DNA of 64,000 bases from Eledone cirrhosa (Eukaryota): positions 284,394,001-284,458,000 of the forward strand of contig OZ024741.1 of NCBI GenBank assembly GCA_964016885.1. Reading direction: 5' to 3'. The notes beneath the pieces are model-generated. The model saw only the letters and a program-made list of their open reading frames with translations. It did not search any database and was not told the origin of the DNA. A program made the position numbers and the translations under genes. Below, one piece after another: positions 1-13,573 of the stretch (within the stretch, counting starts at the first letter, position 1; every line of letters begins with the position of its first letter).

Positions 1-145
1 AGTTATTAGAACACTAGATAGAATCATTTGTGATATTTGTTTCAGCTCTCTGTGCTCTGAGTTTGAAAACCTGCTGTGGTCAACTTTGCCTTTCGTCCTT
101 TTGAGGTTGATAAAATGTACCAGTCCAGTAGTGGGGTCAAATCTT
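1..145 (+). mobile_element. Degenerate tRNA-derived SINE
   Basis: ctctgagtttgaaa...gtcaactttgcctttcgtcc...gataaaatgtaccag, shared with many other copies in the window. Confidence 0.6.
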
Positions 146-912
146 CCTCTATATCTTTTTCTCACTTCCTCTCTATCATTCTCTCTTTCCTCCTCTGGAA
201 AAAATAGGTTGTGTTCAGACCCTGAGAGGAGTGGACTCCATCAGATTTAAAATGTGTATGTCACCATGGTGCCCCTATAACTCTATCATGAGTTACTACA
301 GATCCATTTTTACATAATGTAATTTTTCTCAGAGATAATCTTGCATAATACTTCATAATTTTAATTCTCTAGGTAAAAACATCTATACATGAAATAAATA
401 AAAGTTATACTAGGAAGGATCCAATATTTGATACTCTGTATTGTAGTAATGAAACACGTGGAAGTAAGTTTTACTTTGTTTTACTCATAGTATTTTGTAA
501 CACATTTATCAAGGTTGTATGTTTGGTATTTCTTGAATAATACATGTGATCTACTTGAATATTTCAGTAAAATAGGACACAGGGGCAGACATTTGATAAA
601 CATATGTGAAGGCAGGTGGTACATAAAGTGCTGGTCATCAGGTTCAAAGTAGGATAAAGCATTGTGGTTCTTATCACATATGCCTTCAAAGTGTCAGCAT
701 ATGTTGTCCTCTTTCTCAACATGCACCAAAGTAGTCTACAACAATTTATTCAAGCCACTAATAATAGTAATAATGATTTCTAAGGCCAGTAACTTAGGGA
801 GAGAGGAGGGGGATTCAATTATATCCCTCCTCAGGTCACAACACAGCTGATTTCTTCCAAAGAAGGAGAGAGCGGGAATGAGAGAAAGAGAAAATAAGAA
901 AGATAGAGGAAG

Positions 913-1075
913 AATTGACTCCAGTACTTAACTAGTACTTTGTTTTATAGATCCCGGAAGGATGAAAGGTAAAGCTGACCTCAGCAGGATTTGAACTCAG
1001 AACACAAAGGACTGTAACTACAAGCTGAAAAGCATTTCATTTGATGCTCTAATGATACTGCTAATCCACTGCTCT
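913..1075 (-). mobile_element. SINE copy
   Basis: Reverse complement of the same gttcaaatcc...tttacctttcatcc core. Confidence 0.6.
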
Positions 1076-1608
1076 TCAATAATCTGATAATATTTCTATA
1101 AGAGTAAAAATACACATCTAGTTTCATGTAGAAGGTAACTTTGCAAGCTGGGGGTGAGGTAGCATTTCATATAAGACTGATTAAGATTTGGAATATCCTC
1201 TTTAACCTGTTGCTCAATAGAGAAAGATTTCAGCAACTTTTCCTTTTGCCCTTGCTCAGTATCTCCACACTAACAAATGCTGCACAACATTTATTCCTAT
1301 ACTGCAATGATTCTGCCAATCACCCACCCTGCTCTTATATAAAATAATGTTAAACATTTCATCTTGGTATTTGGTGTTTTTATTGGAAGCAAGACCATCC
1401 AAAAATGTAACGATAAATGTTGGTCAGTTTTGATTTAAATGGGAACCCTTTGAACATGTGATTTTATTTCATAGACCCAACGGTGGTTTTGGCTGGATTG
1501 ATATCAAATGGGTTAACCAACGATTTTAATCTTTCTTATTTATCACTTTTTTCATTTTTACCATCTTACATTTTACCTATTAAGATGCACAGATATATTT
1601 ACTAACAG

Positions 1609-1823
1609 ATATCAAATGGACAGTTGTTACGAGCCAAAACACCGGTAGGGAATATCTCTCATTAAGTTTACAAGGTTCTTTGCTCAATGAATCTTTCCTG
1701 TTTTTGGCTGGTGTAAGGCGTACACAATCAGCTGATTACACTATTCACATTCAGGATATTGGACAGTTTCTTATCTTGAATTTGGAATGGTATCATTTAC
1801 CCTACACTATGGAGGACAAAAAT
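1609..1823 (+). CDS. Internal exon A of a multi-exon membrane glycoprotein gene (start exon not identified)
   Basis: Acceptor ctaacAG at 1607-1608 and donor GTAAGT at 1824. Only one frame is open (IKWTVVTSQ...YTMEDKN); it ends in phase 0, matching the next exon. Confidence 0.7.
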
Positions 1824-2264
1824 GTAAGTATATAGCGATTGTTCATAATGTTGGTGGTGGCAGTTGTGTTGTTTTGTTGTTGTTGGTGATGTTGTTGTTG
1901 TTGGTAGGGTTGTAGTTGATAGTGTTGATGTTGTTTCATCGTTGTTGTTGATAGTATTGTTGTTGTTGTTGGTAGTGTTGTTTTATTGTTGGCGTTGGTG
2001 TTGTTGTTGGTGATATGGTTTTATTGTTGTTGATGGTATTGTTTTGTTGTTATTGTTGATGTTGGTGATGTTAGTTGTGGTGGTGATGCCAGTGTTGGCA
2101 GTGCTTGTTGCTGATGTTATAGTTGGTGGTGTTGTTCTTAGTGATGATGGCAATGGTGTTGGTGTTGTTGCTAGATGTTGTTGTTATTGTTGCTGTTGAT
2201 ATTGATGTTGTTGTTGTTGATATTGATGTTGTTGTTGTTGTTGTCGTTGGTGGTAGGGGAAGAA

Positions 2265-2720
2265 ACTCTTGGCCCTTCTTCACCCAATAATCATCCTTTA
2301 TACACATCACTTGTCCACACCAGTGCAGTCTTCTCTCTTGCACACTACAATTGATTCCTGTTATACCCAGGTTTTCTCTCCACTCATCCATGCTACATTG
2401 TTCAAACATACAAACATTACACATGTTAGAACACGCATGATTTATCTCTCTCCAGTCTGTGTATATACTCTACATTTACTGCCCATGTCTCATTGCCATG
2501 CAGCATCACATTTCACACACAAGCATCATACAATCTAAACTTCACTAGGAATGAAAATCATTTTTTTGCCAGCTGAGGTAGTAAGTTCCCTGTAATTTTT
2601 CCAGCCTATTTTTATTCTAGCTACTATGCTAGCAGAGCATGTCCCCACCTTAATTGCTGATTAGGTCACATAGGTAAGAGAATCTTTCAACCACGTCTAT
2701 GGTACATTCACAGAATTGGA
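2265..2720 (-). mobile_element. RTE-clade LINE 3' fragment
   Basis: ...ENLGITGINCSVQERRLHWCGQVM is homologous to the RTE C-terminus at 15945-16298. Confidence 0.75.
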
Positions 2721-2985
2721 AGAGGTTTGTCCTTGCTATCCTTACTACCAACTATTCCTGTGAACCCTCACTATACATAGTCTACCTTTTCTGTTAGTCA
2801 GCCTGACTTACCAAATCAAATCAAATCAATTAGAATAGAATAGAATAAAATAAATAAATAGAATTAATTAAAATGAAATAAATAAACAAATAAAACAAAA
2901 TAGAATAAAATAAAATAAATAAATAAAATAAAATAAATAACTAAAAATGTGAATGAATTTCTAAGTGTATTTCATTTTTGTGCAG

Positions 2986-3076
2986 CTAACTCTGAAGCGT
3001 GATTCAGAAGAATATGTGTTTTCAATTGTTGGAATAACTGACAACAATTGGGCAACAATGCCTGTAAACAACTGTG
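2986..3076 (+). CDS. Internal exon B
   Basis: Acceptor tttttgtgcAG, donor GTAAGT. Encodes LTLKRDSEEYVFSIVGITDNNWATMPVNNC, phase 0 to 1. Confidence 0.8.
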
Positions 3077-3537
3077 GTAAGTATTTGGAGAACTGAGTTG
3101 TGAATATGGTCTACTAAAGTGGTAGTATTGGTCGTGATGGAGGTGGTAGTGGTAGTAATGGTTGTGGTAGTGGTAGTAATGGTTGTGGTGGTGGTGGCAA
3201 TGGCCAGGATTGTGGTGGTAATCTATTAATGTATTGAGTTCCTTTTTTAATTGTGGGCACCTGAAACCTATAAGAAATCCACCCATAATTATATATAATA
3301 CAGCCATTACTAGAAATCGAGTATGACTTGGTAGTATGCACCATGCTTGTATTAAGGGTTTTAAGTGTCCATGCAGTTGTGAGCAGACATAGACACACTC
3401 TTTTCCCTCCTTCCTTTGATCTAGTGGAAAATCCATAATGAGGGAGGTGGAAAGGGAGAGGACTACTTCAGCACTGAGCTGGTACTTTCTTTATCGAACC
3501 CAAAACAAACATCCAATGATCTAACAACTCTAAATTT

Positions 3538-3572
<35 letters not shown>

Positions 3573-4956
3573 TTAACATCTATTCTCCACGCTAGCATGG
3601 GTTAGAGGGTTTTGTCCCATTAAAGGCAAGTTGAGTTGGGTGACTGTGTCTTGCTCATATAGGACTGTTTCTGGCTAGATATCTATGGCTGGATGCCATT
3701 TCTAAAGCCATCTACATTTACAGTGTGTGCTGGGTGCTTTTTGCATGTCTCCTACACAACCACTTTACAGTGTGGGCTGGATGCTTTTTGTTGTGACACC
3801 TACACAGCTACTTTACAGTGTGGGCTGGATACTTTTTGTTGTGGCACTTACATGGCTACTTTACAGCATAGGCTAGGTGATTTTTGTTGTGACACCTACA
3901 TTACCACTTTACAGCATGGGCTGGATGATTTTGTGATACCAACATAACTTTACAGAGTAAGCGTGGTGTGGGCAGAAGTGGGAGGGTGGTGTAGGGGGTG
4001 TATGGAAGGGGCTATAGTGGATTAAGAGGTGCCTATTGGGTGTAGGTTTAAGTCTGTGCACAATGGGAAGTGGGTCTTCTGTATTACTGTATAAAGTCAA
4101 AGATCTTGATCCTGTGTCATTGTCTTTGAGAGGTGCAAGTGTGCAATGTCAGCTTTTATCACTTCGTCCCAGGTCTTCCCACTCTATAGCTTCCATCAGT
4201 TTTGATCGCCCTGCACCCTTTTATACAGCTGTCATCCTTCATACACATCGCATGACCATACCAATGTAATCTCCTCTCTAGTATACTGCATCTGATCCTT
4301 CTTATGCCTAATTTCTAACTTAGTTCACTTATGCTTTGCCATTTGTGTATTACATATCCATCGGAGAATGCATGCTTCATTTCTTTCCAATTTGTGCGCA
4401 CAACACTCAAGTCTCAACATTGTTGTTCGTATACAAGCATCGTACAATCTGCCTTTCATTTTTAGGGAGAAACCTTTTGCGACTAACAGTGGTATTAGCT
4501 CTCTGAACTTTTTCCATCACATTTTTACTCTGGCTACTGTACTTTCAGAACACTCTCCTCCACTGCTGATTTTATCACCCAGGTAACGGAAAGTGTTGAC
4601 TATTTCTATAGAACTGTCTGGGCAATTGAAGGAGCTAGTATCCTGTGGACACTTGCTACTTACTGCACCTGAGAATTAGCTATGTTCTTTGATAGCCTGC
4701 TTGTGATCCCACTACATCTTTTATGTACCCATAGGTTGCATTTGGGACATGGAATGGAATTTCTACCTACTCCTTTTCTACATACTGAACAAGGCCATTT
4801 CCCATAGGGAACCTGTGCCCTATTTTCCTTTCTACATACTAGAACTTTAGTCTTAGACAAGTTAACTTTAAGGCCTTTTGATTCTAGATCATGCTGCCAG
4901 GTTTGGAATTTCTTCTCTAGTTCTGCCATAGATTCAGCTATGAGAGTTAGATCATC

Positions 4957-4960
<4 letters not shown>
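3538..4960 (-). mobile_element. 5'-truncated RTE LINE: YADD to the (GAT)n tail, with a ~48-bp minisatellite in the 3' UTR
   Basis: YADDLTLIAESMAELEKKF... closely matches 15316-15550. The 3' end matches 16590-16645. Confidence 0.85.
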
Positions 4961-5004
<44 letters not shown>

Positions 5005-5023
5005 TATATATATATATATTTAT

Positions 5024-5174
5024 ATATTGTTATACTTTGGGAGGGTCATGTTGCCAATAAGAAACACACGCACCAATTGCTTTCACTTCAATTTATTATA
5101 ATAAATTGAAGTGAAAGCAACTGGTGCGTGTGTTTCTTATTGGCAACACGACCCTCCCCAAAGTATAACAATAT
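5024..5174. repeat. Near-perfect 151-bp palindrome between (TA)n tracts
   Basis: atattgttatactttggg...caatttatt|at|aataaattg...cccaaagtataacaatat. Confidence 0.9.
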
Positions 5175-5769
5175 CGGTTTCAACACACGTTTTCAGATAA
5201 AGAATCTTGCTAAACAAATTTAGAAACGAAATGTATTTATATATATATATATATATATATATAGTTAAAAAGTGAAGGTGAAAATGCACAGAAGTATATT
5301 TAAAGATTATTTTTTCTTTAATCCAACAGAATGAATAATTTTATAATTGTTGCATCAAATATAACTGGTTTTGATTGGTATAACAATCTTATTAGATGCT
5401 AAATATTGCATATAAAAAAAAAATACTTTTTTCGTCTATTCTGTGAATTTTCTGTCAAATATATGTGAATTTTCTGTCAAAATTTCTTCTTATATATATG
5501 TTCTTTATGAAGTGGTGGAGGTGGGGTTCAGCAGGTCAGGAATTGAATTGAATTCTCTTGGTTAAAAATAGAAATAAAAAAATGTTCTTACAATTCAAAC
5601 TAATGGCAAGCTGGCATTTTTAATGTTTATGTGGGTGGGTGTTAAAATAAGGTTCAAATGTGTTGAAAGGTCAGTTTAGGTGTGGATATAGAATTAATCT
5701 TTTGTCTTGTGGTATGTGTGTGTGTGTGTGTGTGATTGTGTTACCTCTTGTATCAAGAAAACAAAATTG

Positions 5770-6110
5770 TTTTTTAGGAGTTGTAGAAAAAAGTAAGGAT
5801 AAAAATAAATAAAAATATAGATATGAATATGATTAAAAAGACCATTTGGAATGCATTATTGTACTTCTGGATATTTTGAAGAAAGTATCTTGATTCAGTA
5901 ATTGTACCAATCAGCAGTTCCCTCAAGCGTTCTGGTGGTTTAGGTAATAGTCTAAGATTAATCTTTCCATTTAAACAGCACAATCCAGTTGACTCACCAT
6001 TCCATTTTCTAGCACCACAATTTAGACAAATTTTGTTCGTTGAGGAAATTCAATAAAAGTTTCTGAGGCATAATCTTGATGTAAATTGTGACTAAAAGCA
6101 GCAAAGTCCC
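5770..6110 (-). mobile_element. Helitron Rep/helicase N-terminal fragment
   Basis: CCLNGKINLRLLPKPPERLRELL...FLQNIQKYNNAFQM matches the typical Helitron CC..GK...PP..L...F...I..YN.AF motif. Confidence 0.75.
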
Positions 6111-6354
6111 ACTCAGCAGCCTTTTTAATCTGTTCTTGCTCTCTGTTCACTTATTTCAGGACCTAAAATTCCCTCTGAAGAAGGGAATTTTAGGTCCTGA
6201 AATATTAGGACAGAAGAAACAACAGGTAACTATCTTTTTTGTTACCTTCATCTTACAGTCCATTTTGCATTGTTTAGCCCTCCATCTCTTTCCACATCAT
6301 ATATCATATACAATGCTTCAAGCAAACTACAACATTTTATTTTATACACACACA

Positions 6355-6440
6355 CATATACACAAGGGTAGGCTGAAAAGTTCATAGGCTGACTATGAAG
6401 AAGTGACACTAGAGTTGTGAAATCTTGCATCATTAATTTC
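6355..6440. mobile_element. Mariner-like terminal fragment (second copy at ~42690-42765)
   Basis: ggctgaaaagttc(a/g)taggctgactatgaag...gtgaaatcttgcat is present twice and resembles a TIR. Confidence 0.5.
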
Positions 6441-7149
6441 AGTAAACAAAAACCTATTCCTGAGTCTAGGGAACTTACATGCGAAGTTTGAACATGAGTG
6501 GTCTACTGGTTTTTAAGTGCATTGGAGACAAACAAACAAATGAGCTATTCTATATATATATCTCATCCTGCCTTTGTTTATTTCTGTAAGTTTATCAGTA
6601 CTAATGTGACAAACGTGTTATCTCCCCCCCCCCCATTTATTGCAATGGCTTACACCTTTTTAACACAATATCTTACATACTTCTTGCTTTTTTTCTTCCT
6701 TTCCTTTTTTCATGACTTGTGCTATAAGAGGTACTACACTTTCCCCCTGATGTCACATAAAATTCTATGTGCACTTGTAGCTTAATTGCTATAAATTAAT
6801 GCTTTATCTCTCGTCTCTTACTCCACTGGACAATGATTGGCTTGTCTCAGATGCTGTGACCCCGGGTGGACTAGCAGTACCTTTGGTAGGGGTTTAAACT
6901 GTCAAAGTCCATCTCAACAGCTGATGAGCCTGGAGTTCTGTATTTTTATTTTCAAAAAATAATTTCTTAAGGGTTCCCCATAAAAAAATTGTTTTTCGCT
7001 TTGCCTTGTTTCCATTCGTTGTCTTGTCCTCATTTTAATTAATTTTCTTAAGTTTATATATTTATATATATATTTGTATAATTTTACAAATTGATAATTT
7101 CCCAAATTAGCATCCTGCTTTCATCTATTTCATTTCTCTGTTGCTTTAG

Positions 7150-7248
7150 GCCTCACCAATGATATGCTGCTTATTGATGCTTGCACTGAAAGGAATAATG
7201 AGACATCTTGTGATCGAAATAACTATGTCCTTGGACCAAACAAGATAG
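7150..7248 (+). CDS. Internal exon C
   Basis: Acceptor ttgctttAG, donor GTAAGT. Encodes GLTNDMLLIDACTERNNETSCDRNNYVLGPNKI, phase 1 to 1. Confidence 0.8.
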   Translation, partial: ASPMICCLLMLALKGIMRHLVIEITMSLDQTR

Positions 7249-8562
7249 GTAAGTATGGCTACCAGAAAAGAAAACATTTATACAATAATAAACATCTTCT
7301 CTACAGACATTCCAATTGCTTTGCTACTAACTGAAATGCAACTGCATACTTAGAAATCCTTTTTTTATGTAAGCTCTCTCATTAGATATACTTTATTTTA
7401 CTTATTCAGTAAGCCTAGAAGCTCATTAGGTTGGAGTTTATATTAGTTTCATTAGTGTTAAGCAAGTGAGAATACAAGACTTTCATATGGATGAGACCCC
7501 AAACTCTTGCATGGTCAATCCCTTGCTGGTGTTGCTGCATCTGTTATTTATTATTTTCAGCAGAGTAAACTGAAGCAATATGTTCAAAAACACAATGCCT
7601 TGCAGGGTCTGGTAATCTAACATACAACTTTATAATCATGAGCCCAACACTCTAAACACTAGATTGTGTGACTACACTTATGTATAAGCAACAAGTGTAA
7701 TAAATCCTGATAATCAGGAGGGCTTTGTTACAGACTTCTATTTTGATTTTATGGCAGTAATTTGAGATAGAAATTTTTGACTTCTATTTCAAATGAATAC
7801 ATAGAGAATCTCTTATTTGCTTGTGGTTTGAGGTGGTGTTGCTGCCTGAGGTCAGCTTTGATCAACTAAACCTATGATTAAAGATATTCCAGCTATGACC
7901 ACCTTGTCTTTATTTCAAGCTGTGTGAATCAAGTCACATTAAGCATGTGTTCCAAACATTGTAGATAGGCTTAATTTAGAAATCTAAATACCAGGACTTG
8001 ACCAACTATTTGTTTCTCATGCTTGCCACTGTCAATACCTCCAGTACCTTGGTGTATGAACCCCATTCTTTTATACTCTCTATCTATCTCCATTCAAGTC
8101 AATCAGTTGTTAAGAGTTAATATATGACTTTAATCAAGTAACTGACTTCATTTTGTGTTCTAATGAATATGATACATAAATATTTACCCACTTTTTATAA
8201 TGTAATATGACATGATATTTCAGTAAAATCATTCACGTCAAATAAAATTAACACTTTTAATACCAAGCCACCCAAAATTAGTTATGGTTTTAGTAGTGAA
8301 TAGATGCAAAACTGTTTATTCTAAAGTGTATATATTTATCTAAAAAAAAATCTTCCATCATAATTTTCTGTAAGAAATTTTGTCCAGTTATGTTTCAAAC
8401 ACCAGCTTAATAATGAAAATTTCTCCAAATTTTAAATAATTTCCACAATATTTGCACATCATAGGTACTGTTTTTTTAACTAGAAATATGGTAATTAAAG
8501 AGTTTAAAAGGATTATTCACATTTAATACATTCAAAGCTGACATCCATTCACTTTATTGCAG

Positions 8563-8753
8563 TTTGGATTTATTCATTTGAAGGATATGGTTATAGTTAC
8601 GTCAACCTGAAGTATGGCGATATTATTCTATCAAGCATACCAACAATTAAAACACAGTCCAACAGCCAAGGCATATTTTGTTCTGATGAAGAATACTTGC
8701 TTCAGATGACTTCCATTAGGGCTGCTCCTATGACGATGTGTTCCAGCGTAAAC
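8563..8753 (+). CDS. Internal exon D
   Basis: Acceptor tttattgcAG, donor GTAGGT. Encodes VWIYSFEGYGYSYVNLKYGD...MTMCSSVN, phase 1 to 0. Confidence 0.75.
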
Positions 8754-9089
8754 GTAGGTTTCTTTCTTTCTAGATTTACATACATTGACTGCTATGATTC
8801 TTCTTTCACTGGTAGCTATTCTCTATTTATCAAACGGCTTCTGTGTGTATCCCCTTTAGAACAGGTATACGATATCTTTGCATACTGTAAGCGGCAATTA
8901 AAAGTGGTAGGTGTCTGGCCATAAAACATTGCCTCAAAAAAGATCCCCATGATGAGTATAAAACCTATCATGGGTCTAGCAATGCTAACCCTTACTTTAG
9001 CAGCGAAAAATGGACCATAAAACACTTTTATTTATCAAATAGTTAAATTAGCTTTTTACCACATCATAGCTTTTATATACATACATATT

Positions 9090-9850
9090 TCTTCTTCTTC
9101 TTCTTCTTCTTCTTCTTTGCCCACATATTTCTGAGAGAGTCATGGGGGCAGAGTCCTCAAGCACTGCTTCCAGCAGGTTATGTCTGAGGCAACCATCTCC
9201 AAACAAGACCAGCGAAGCTCATTGATGTTATCCAGCCATCTTGCTTGGGGTCTACACCTGGGTCTCCTGCCAGTTTGATTTGCCCATAAAATCTGTCCAG
9301 TAATTTATTCCTGAGACATTCTAACCACATGCCTATAGTATCAGAGTTGTGATCTCTAAATTTGGGCAAGTAGCAGGTCTATCTGAAGTGACTTTCAGAT
9401 CTCCCAGCTACGCACTCTATCGAGTAACATTACTTCAAAGACCTTTCGGAGGAACTCCATTCCAGCTGCTTGTTTTTGCGATTATATTCCTTCAGTCATT
9501 ACCCAAGAATAATGACCATAAGTAATGGTTGGCACAAATACCGAACTGACGATAGCGAGTTTGCTGTTTACACCTACCACCCTTCTTCTGATTACCAAAT
9601 GCTGATGCTGGCACATTGCTGCACCAGATCCTGCAATTCTTGCACTTAATTCAATTTCCTGCCTTCCATCACTCGTGAACACAGCCCTGAGATACATGAA
9701 TTTCTCCACCTTCTAAAGTGGAATTCCATTCATATGTAGTGTGCAGATTTCGTGGATGAGTGTCTCAGTTTTTTCAACATTGATTTTCATTCCAGCTATG
9801 CAGCACTTGGCATCAAACCTATCAAGTAACACCACTGCAAATTCCAGCCG
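9090..9850 (-). mobile_element. LINE (RTE-like) 3' fragment with (GAA)n tail
   Basis: EKFMYLRAVFTSDGRQEIELSARI...TYGHYSWVMT. Same family as 59069-59640. Confidence 0.7.
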
Positions 9851-9914
9851 ACTGATTTTACACCTGCTATTCATGATACTCCTTCCAATGGCTTACAACA
9901 TGGACCCAATCACG

Positions 9915-11225
9915 CATTATTACCCTCCCCAAGAAAGGCAACCTACAGCTATGCCAAAATTATCATACTATCAGCCTCATCAGTCACCCAAGCAAAGTCA
10001 TGCTGAAGAGCAAACAAGCTTCTGACCAGGAAAAAGCACTAGAGATCAGATCCTCAACCTTAGGATAATCTGTGAAAGGTACCTCCAACATTAACAGGAC
10101 ATCTACCATGTCTGTGTGGATTTCAAGAAGGTGTTTGACAGGGTTTGGCATGCAGTGTTGTAGGCCACAATGAAGCTGGACAACATCAATGGAAACTTGA
10201 TCAGAGTGATATGGAGCCTATATGACAAAGTCACCAGTGCAGTCTACTTAAGCAGCAGTATTGCAGACTGGTTCAGAACCACTGTCGGAGTAAGACAAGG
10301 CTGTTTGCTCTCTCCAACTCTCTTCAACATATTCTTAGGGAGAATTATGACAGACGCATTAGAAGACCATAACGGGACAGTCAGCATAGGTGGCAAAACT
10401 ATTATGAACTTGCTTTTTGCCAACAACATAGATGGTCTAGCAGGGTAGCAGGGTAGGAAGAGGAGCTAGACTACCTAGTCGAACGTCTTAACAAGACTTA
10501 TACCACCTATGGCATACAGATCAGTGCAGAAAAGACCAAAGTGATGGCCAACAACACCAATGATATCAGCACTGACATCAGTGTCAACGGCGAGAAACTA
10601 GAGTACGTCAACAGTTTGAAATACCTGGGGGCAATCATTTCAGATGAAAGATCTAAACCCAAAATACTCGCCATATCTGCCCAGACACCAGCAGCACTTA
10701 CAAAATTTAAGACCATCTGGAATGACAAGAACATAGCCCTCAGCTCAACGATCTGACTGATGTGCTCACTGGTCATGTCTATATTCTTGTATGCCTGTGA
10801 GTCTTGGACAATAACAGCAGATCTGGAAAGAAGGATCTAGGCTGTGGAGATGAGATGCTTCAGAAAGCTCCTTGTCATCACCTAGAGAGACCGCATCTTC
10901 ACTGAGGAGGTGCGAAATAGAATTTGGCAAGCCATCGGGACCTACGAAGACCTACTGACTATTGTAAAACAATGTAAATTGAGGTGGTAAGGGCATATGA
11001 CAAGATTTTCAAGGCTTGCCAAGACTGTCCTGCAGGGAACAGTATAAGGAGGGAGGAAGAGAGGTTGACAGAAAAAGAGATGGAAGGACAACATCCTGGA
11101 ATGGGCAGTCATGAAGTTGGATGCAACCACAAGAAAGGCAGAGAGGCGAGGAATAGAAGGAGCTGGTTGTCAGATCATCTGTGGTGCCCCAACGGTCTAT
11201 CAGACTATGGGACAGATAAGATGAG
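9915..11225 (+). mobile_element. Degenerate RTE LINE, RT domain and 3' end
   Basis: CQNYHTISLISHPSKVML, GVRQGCLLSPTLFNIFL and FANNIDGLAG, interrupted by many stops. Confidence 0.85.
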
Positions 11226-11906
11226 AGATGATCCAGTTATTTTCTTTTTTTCTTCTTTTTTTACCCTTTCTCTTTCTCCCCTGCTCTTTTCTTCCCCTTT
11301 CTCCTACTTGCTTCTCCTGTTGTCAGTTCTGCCGTCCAAAGGCTTTTGCTATCATTTCTAGCGGCAGCTTGGTGTTGATAGGATGCACTTTACTTTGCTC
11401 ACTGATCTGTCTGTCTATCTGTTTTGTTCATTTTCTTGTCCTTCCTAGTGGTGGCTTTATATTGATAGGACACACTTTACTTCACTCCTTGTTTGCCTAT
11501 CTACCTGTTCTATTTGTTTTATCACAGACACATCATACTAGCAGAAAGATTTATTTTTCTGTAGCACATTCCAGCAATTTAAAAATTATCCTCTTAGTTA
11601 AATCGCGCAAAACCATTTTGCTGGTATGAGATGTATGTGTGTGAACTTGTCTTGTACATTGCCTTTCTTTATTTCCTTCTTCTAGTCACTTCTATGCACA
11701 AACACACTTCTCCTTGTCCTCCTCCTCACTCAATCGTTTCTATATTTCATTTGGATTATCTCTCTACCAACCACTTGCTAATGATCTCTGTCCTCTGCGG
11801 TATTTTTTACTCAATGCTGTCATTGACAGCAGTTGGTTGTTTTAATAGCTATTCTTGCATTGAGTTTTCTCCTTTTTCTATGAATCATATACATATATAT
11901 ATATAT

Positions 11907-12331
<425 letters not shown>

Positions 12332-12864
12332 TTACAATATATATATGCTATGTTTAAGAGCTCAGAAGAAATTAAAAACATTTTAATTTATTTTATGCAC
12401 ATTTCCACAAATGAAATATAAAGATATAGGGGTCCAACTGATACTTTGTTCCAGGGCCCAAGAGCTAAGAAGACCCACAGCAACCACGTAACATCCATTT
12501 TGAGAAAAATCTTTGCCTGCTTTGGGTACCAAAGGGTCTTGAACCACCCTGCAAAATTTCTCTTGGAGGTCTTGAGTGCACCCACTGTCTTAGAGAAAAT
12601 GTTGTATATAAATGGACTGTAACTACTCCTAATAGTATTAATAATTACATTGATTTTCCCCCTCTAAATCTTTTAAGTAATAATATAATTTACATTTAGA
12701 TTCTTTTAAGAACTACATTCTTTGAAGAATGAAAATATGAAAAAATTCCACTTCACTTGCACATTTCATCTGAATTTTAAGCAAATCTAAAATCAAATAT
12801 ACTCTTCAATCGTCTGCATCATCTCCATTGTAATTTTCATGTTGTCAATATGTTATTGTTATAG

Positions 12865-12958
12865 GTTTTGCTTATTTTGATCTTACCAAATAACACGAAG
12901 GTAAGCTACCAGTTGGAATTTACTCCAGCAGAAACATATTGTGAATGGCAGATCTTTC
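12865..12958 (+). CDS. Internal exon E
   Basis: Acceptor ttgttatAG, donor GTAAGT at 12959. Encodes VLLILILPNNTKVSYQLEFTPAETYCEWQIF, phase 0 to 1. Confidence 0.75.
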
Positions 12959-13573
12959 GTAAGTATAACATTAACTGAGTGATATAGGCTATGAATTAAC
13001 AGACTCATTAGAACTACGGTTAGAATGCTTTGTAGTACTCATTCCTGCTCACAGCACTTAGTGTTCAAATTCTGCTATGGTCAACTTTGCCTTTCATTTT
13101 GAGGTTAATTAAAAAATGTACCAGTCTACTACTAGGGTTAATTCTTCAGATATATGTCTTTCTTATTTCTCTTCTCTGACTCACTTTTTATTTCTTAGAA
13201 AGAAATCAGATATCATCAGATTTGGACCAGGACGGGTCCTGTTAGGTTTAAAGCATCATGAGTGTCCTTACAACTCCATCAGGAGTTAAGGATTGAGAAA
13301 AAGCAAGTAATATTTGTTATTATAGATTCCCTGTGGATTGACAGAATCATTAGAGTGTCAGACAAAATGCTTTGTGGAATCTGTCCCAGTTTTTTTTTGC
13401 ATTCTGAGTTCAAATCCTGCTATGGTCATCTTTACTTTCATCCATCTAGAGCAGGGTTTCCCAACCTTATTTCAGCCAGTGCCCCCTTTGGGCACAAACT
13501 TTTTTGTCACCCCCCCCCCTGTCAAATTAAATTTCAAATAAGATAAATCCCTCCCCCGTGAATAATGCACCTC

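Noticed and set aside
245-372. Possible upstream exon
   Set aside because: Stops occur in the frames needed to join exon A, so it could not be supported.
1755-1823. Shorter alternative exon GYWTVSYLEFGMVSFTLHYGGQK
   Set aside because: It ends in phase 1 and would hit a stop early in exon B.
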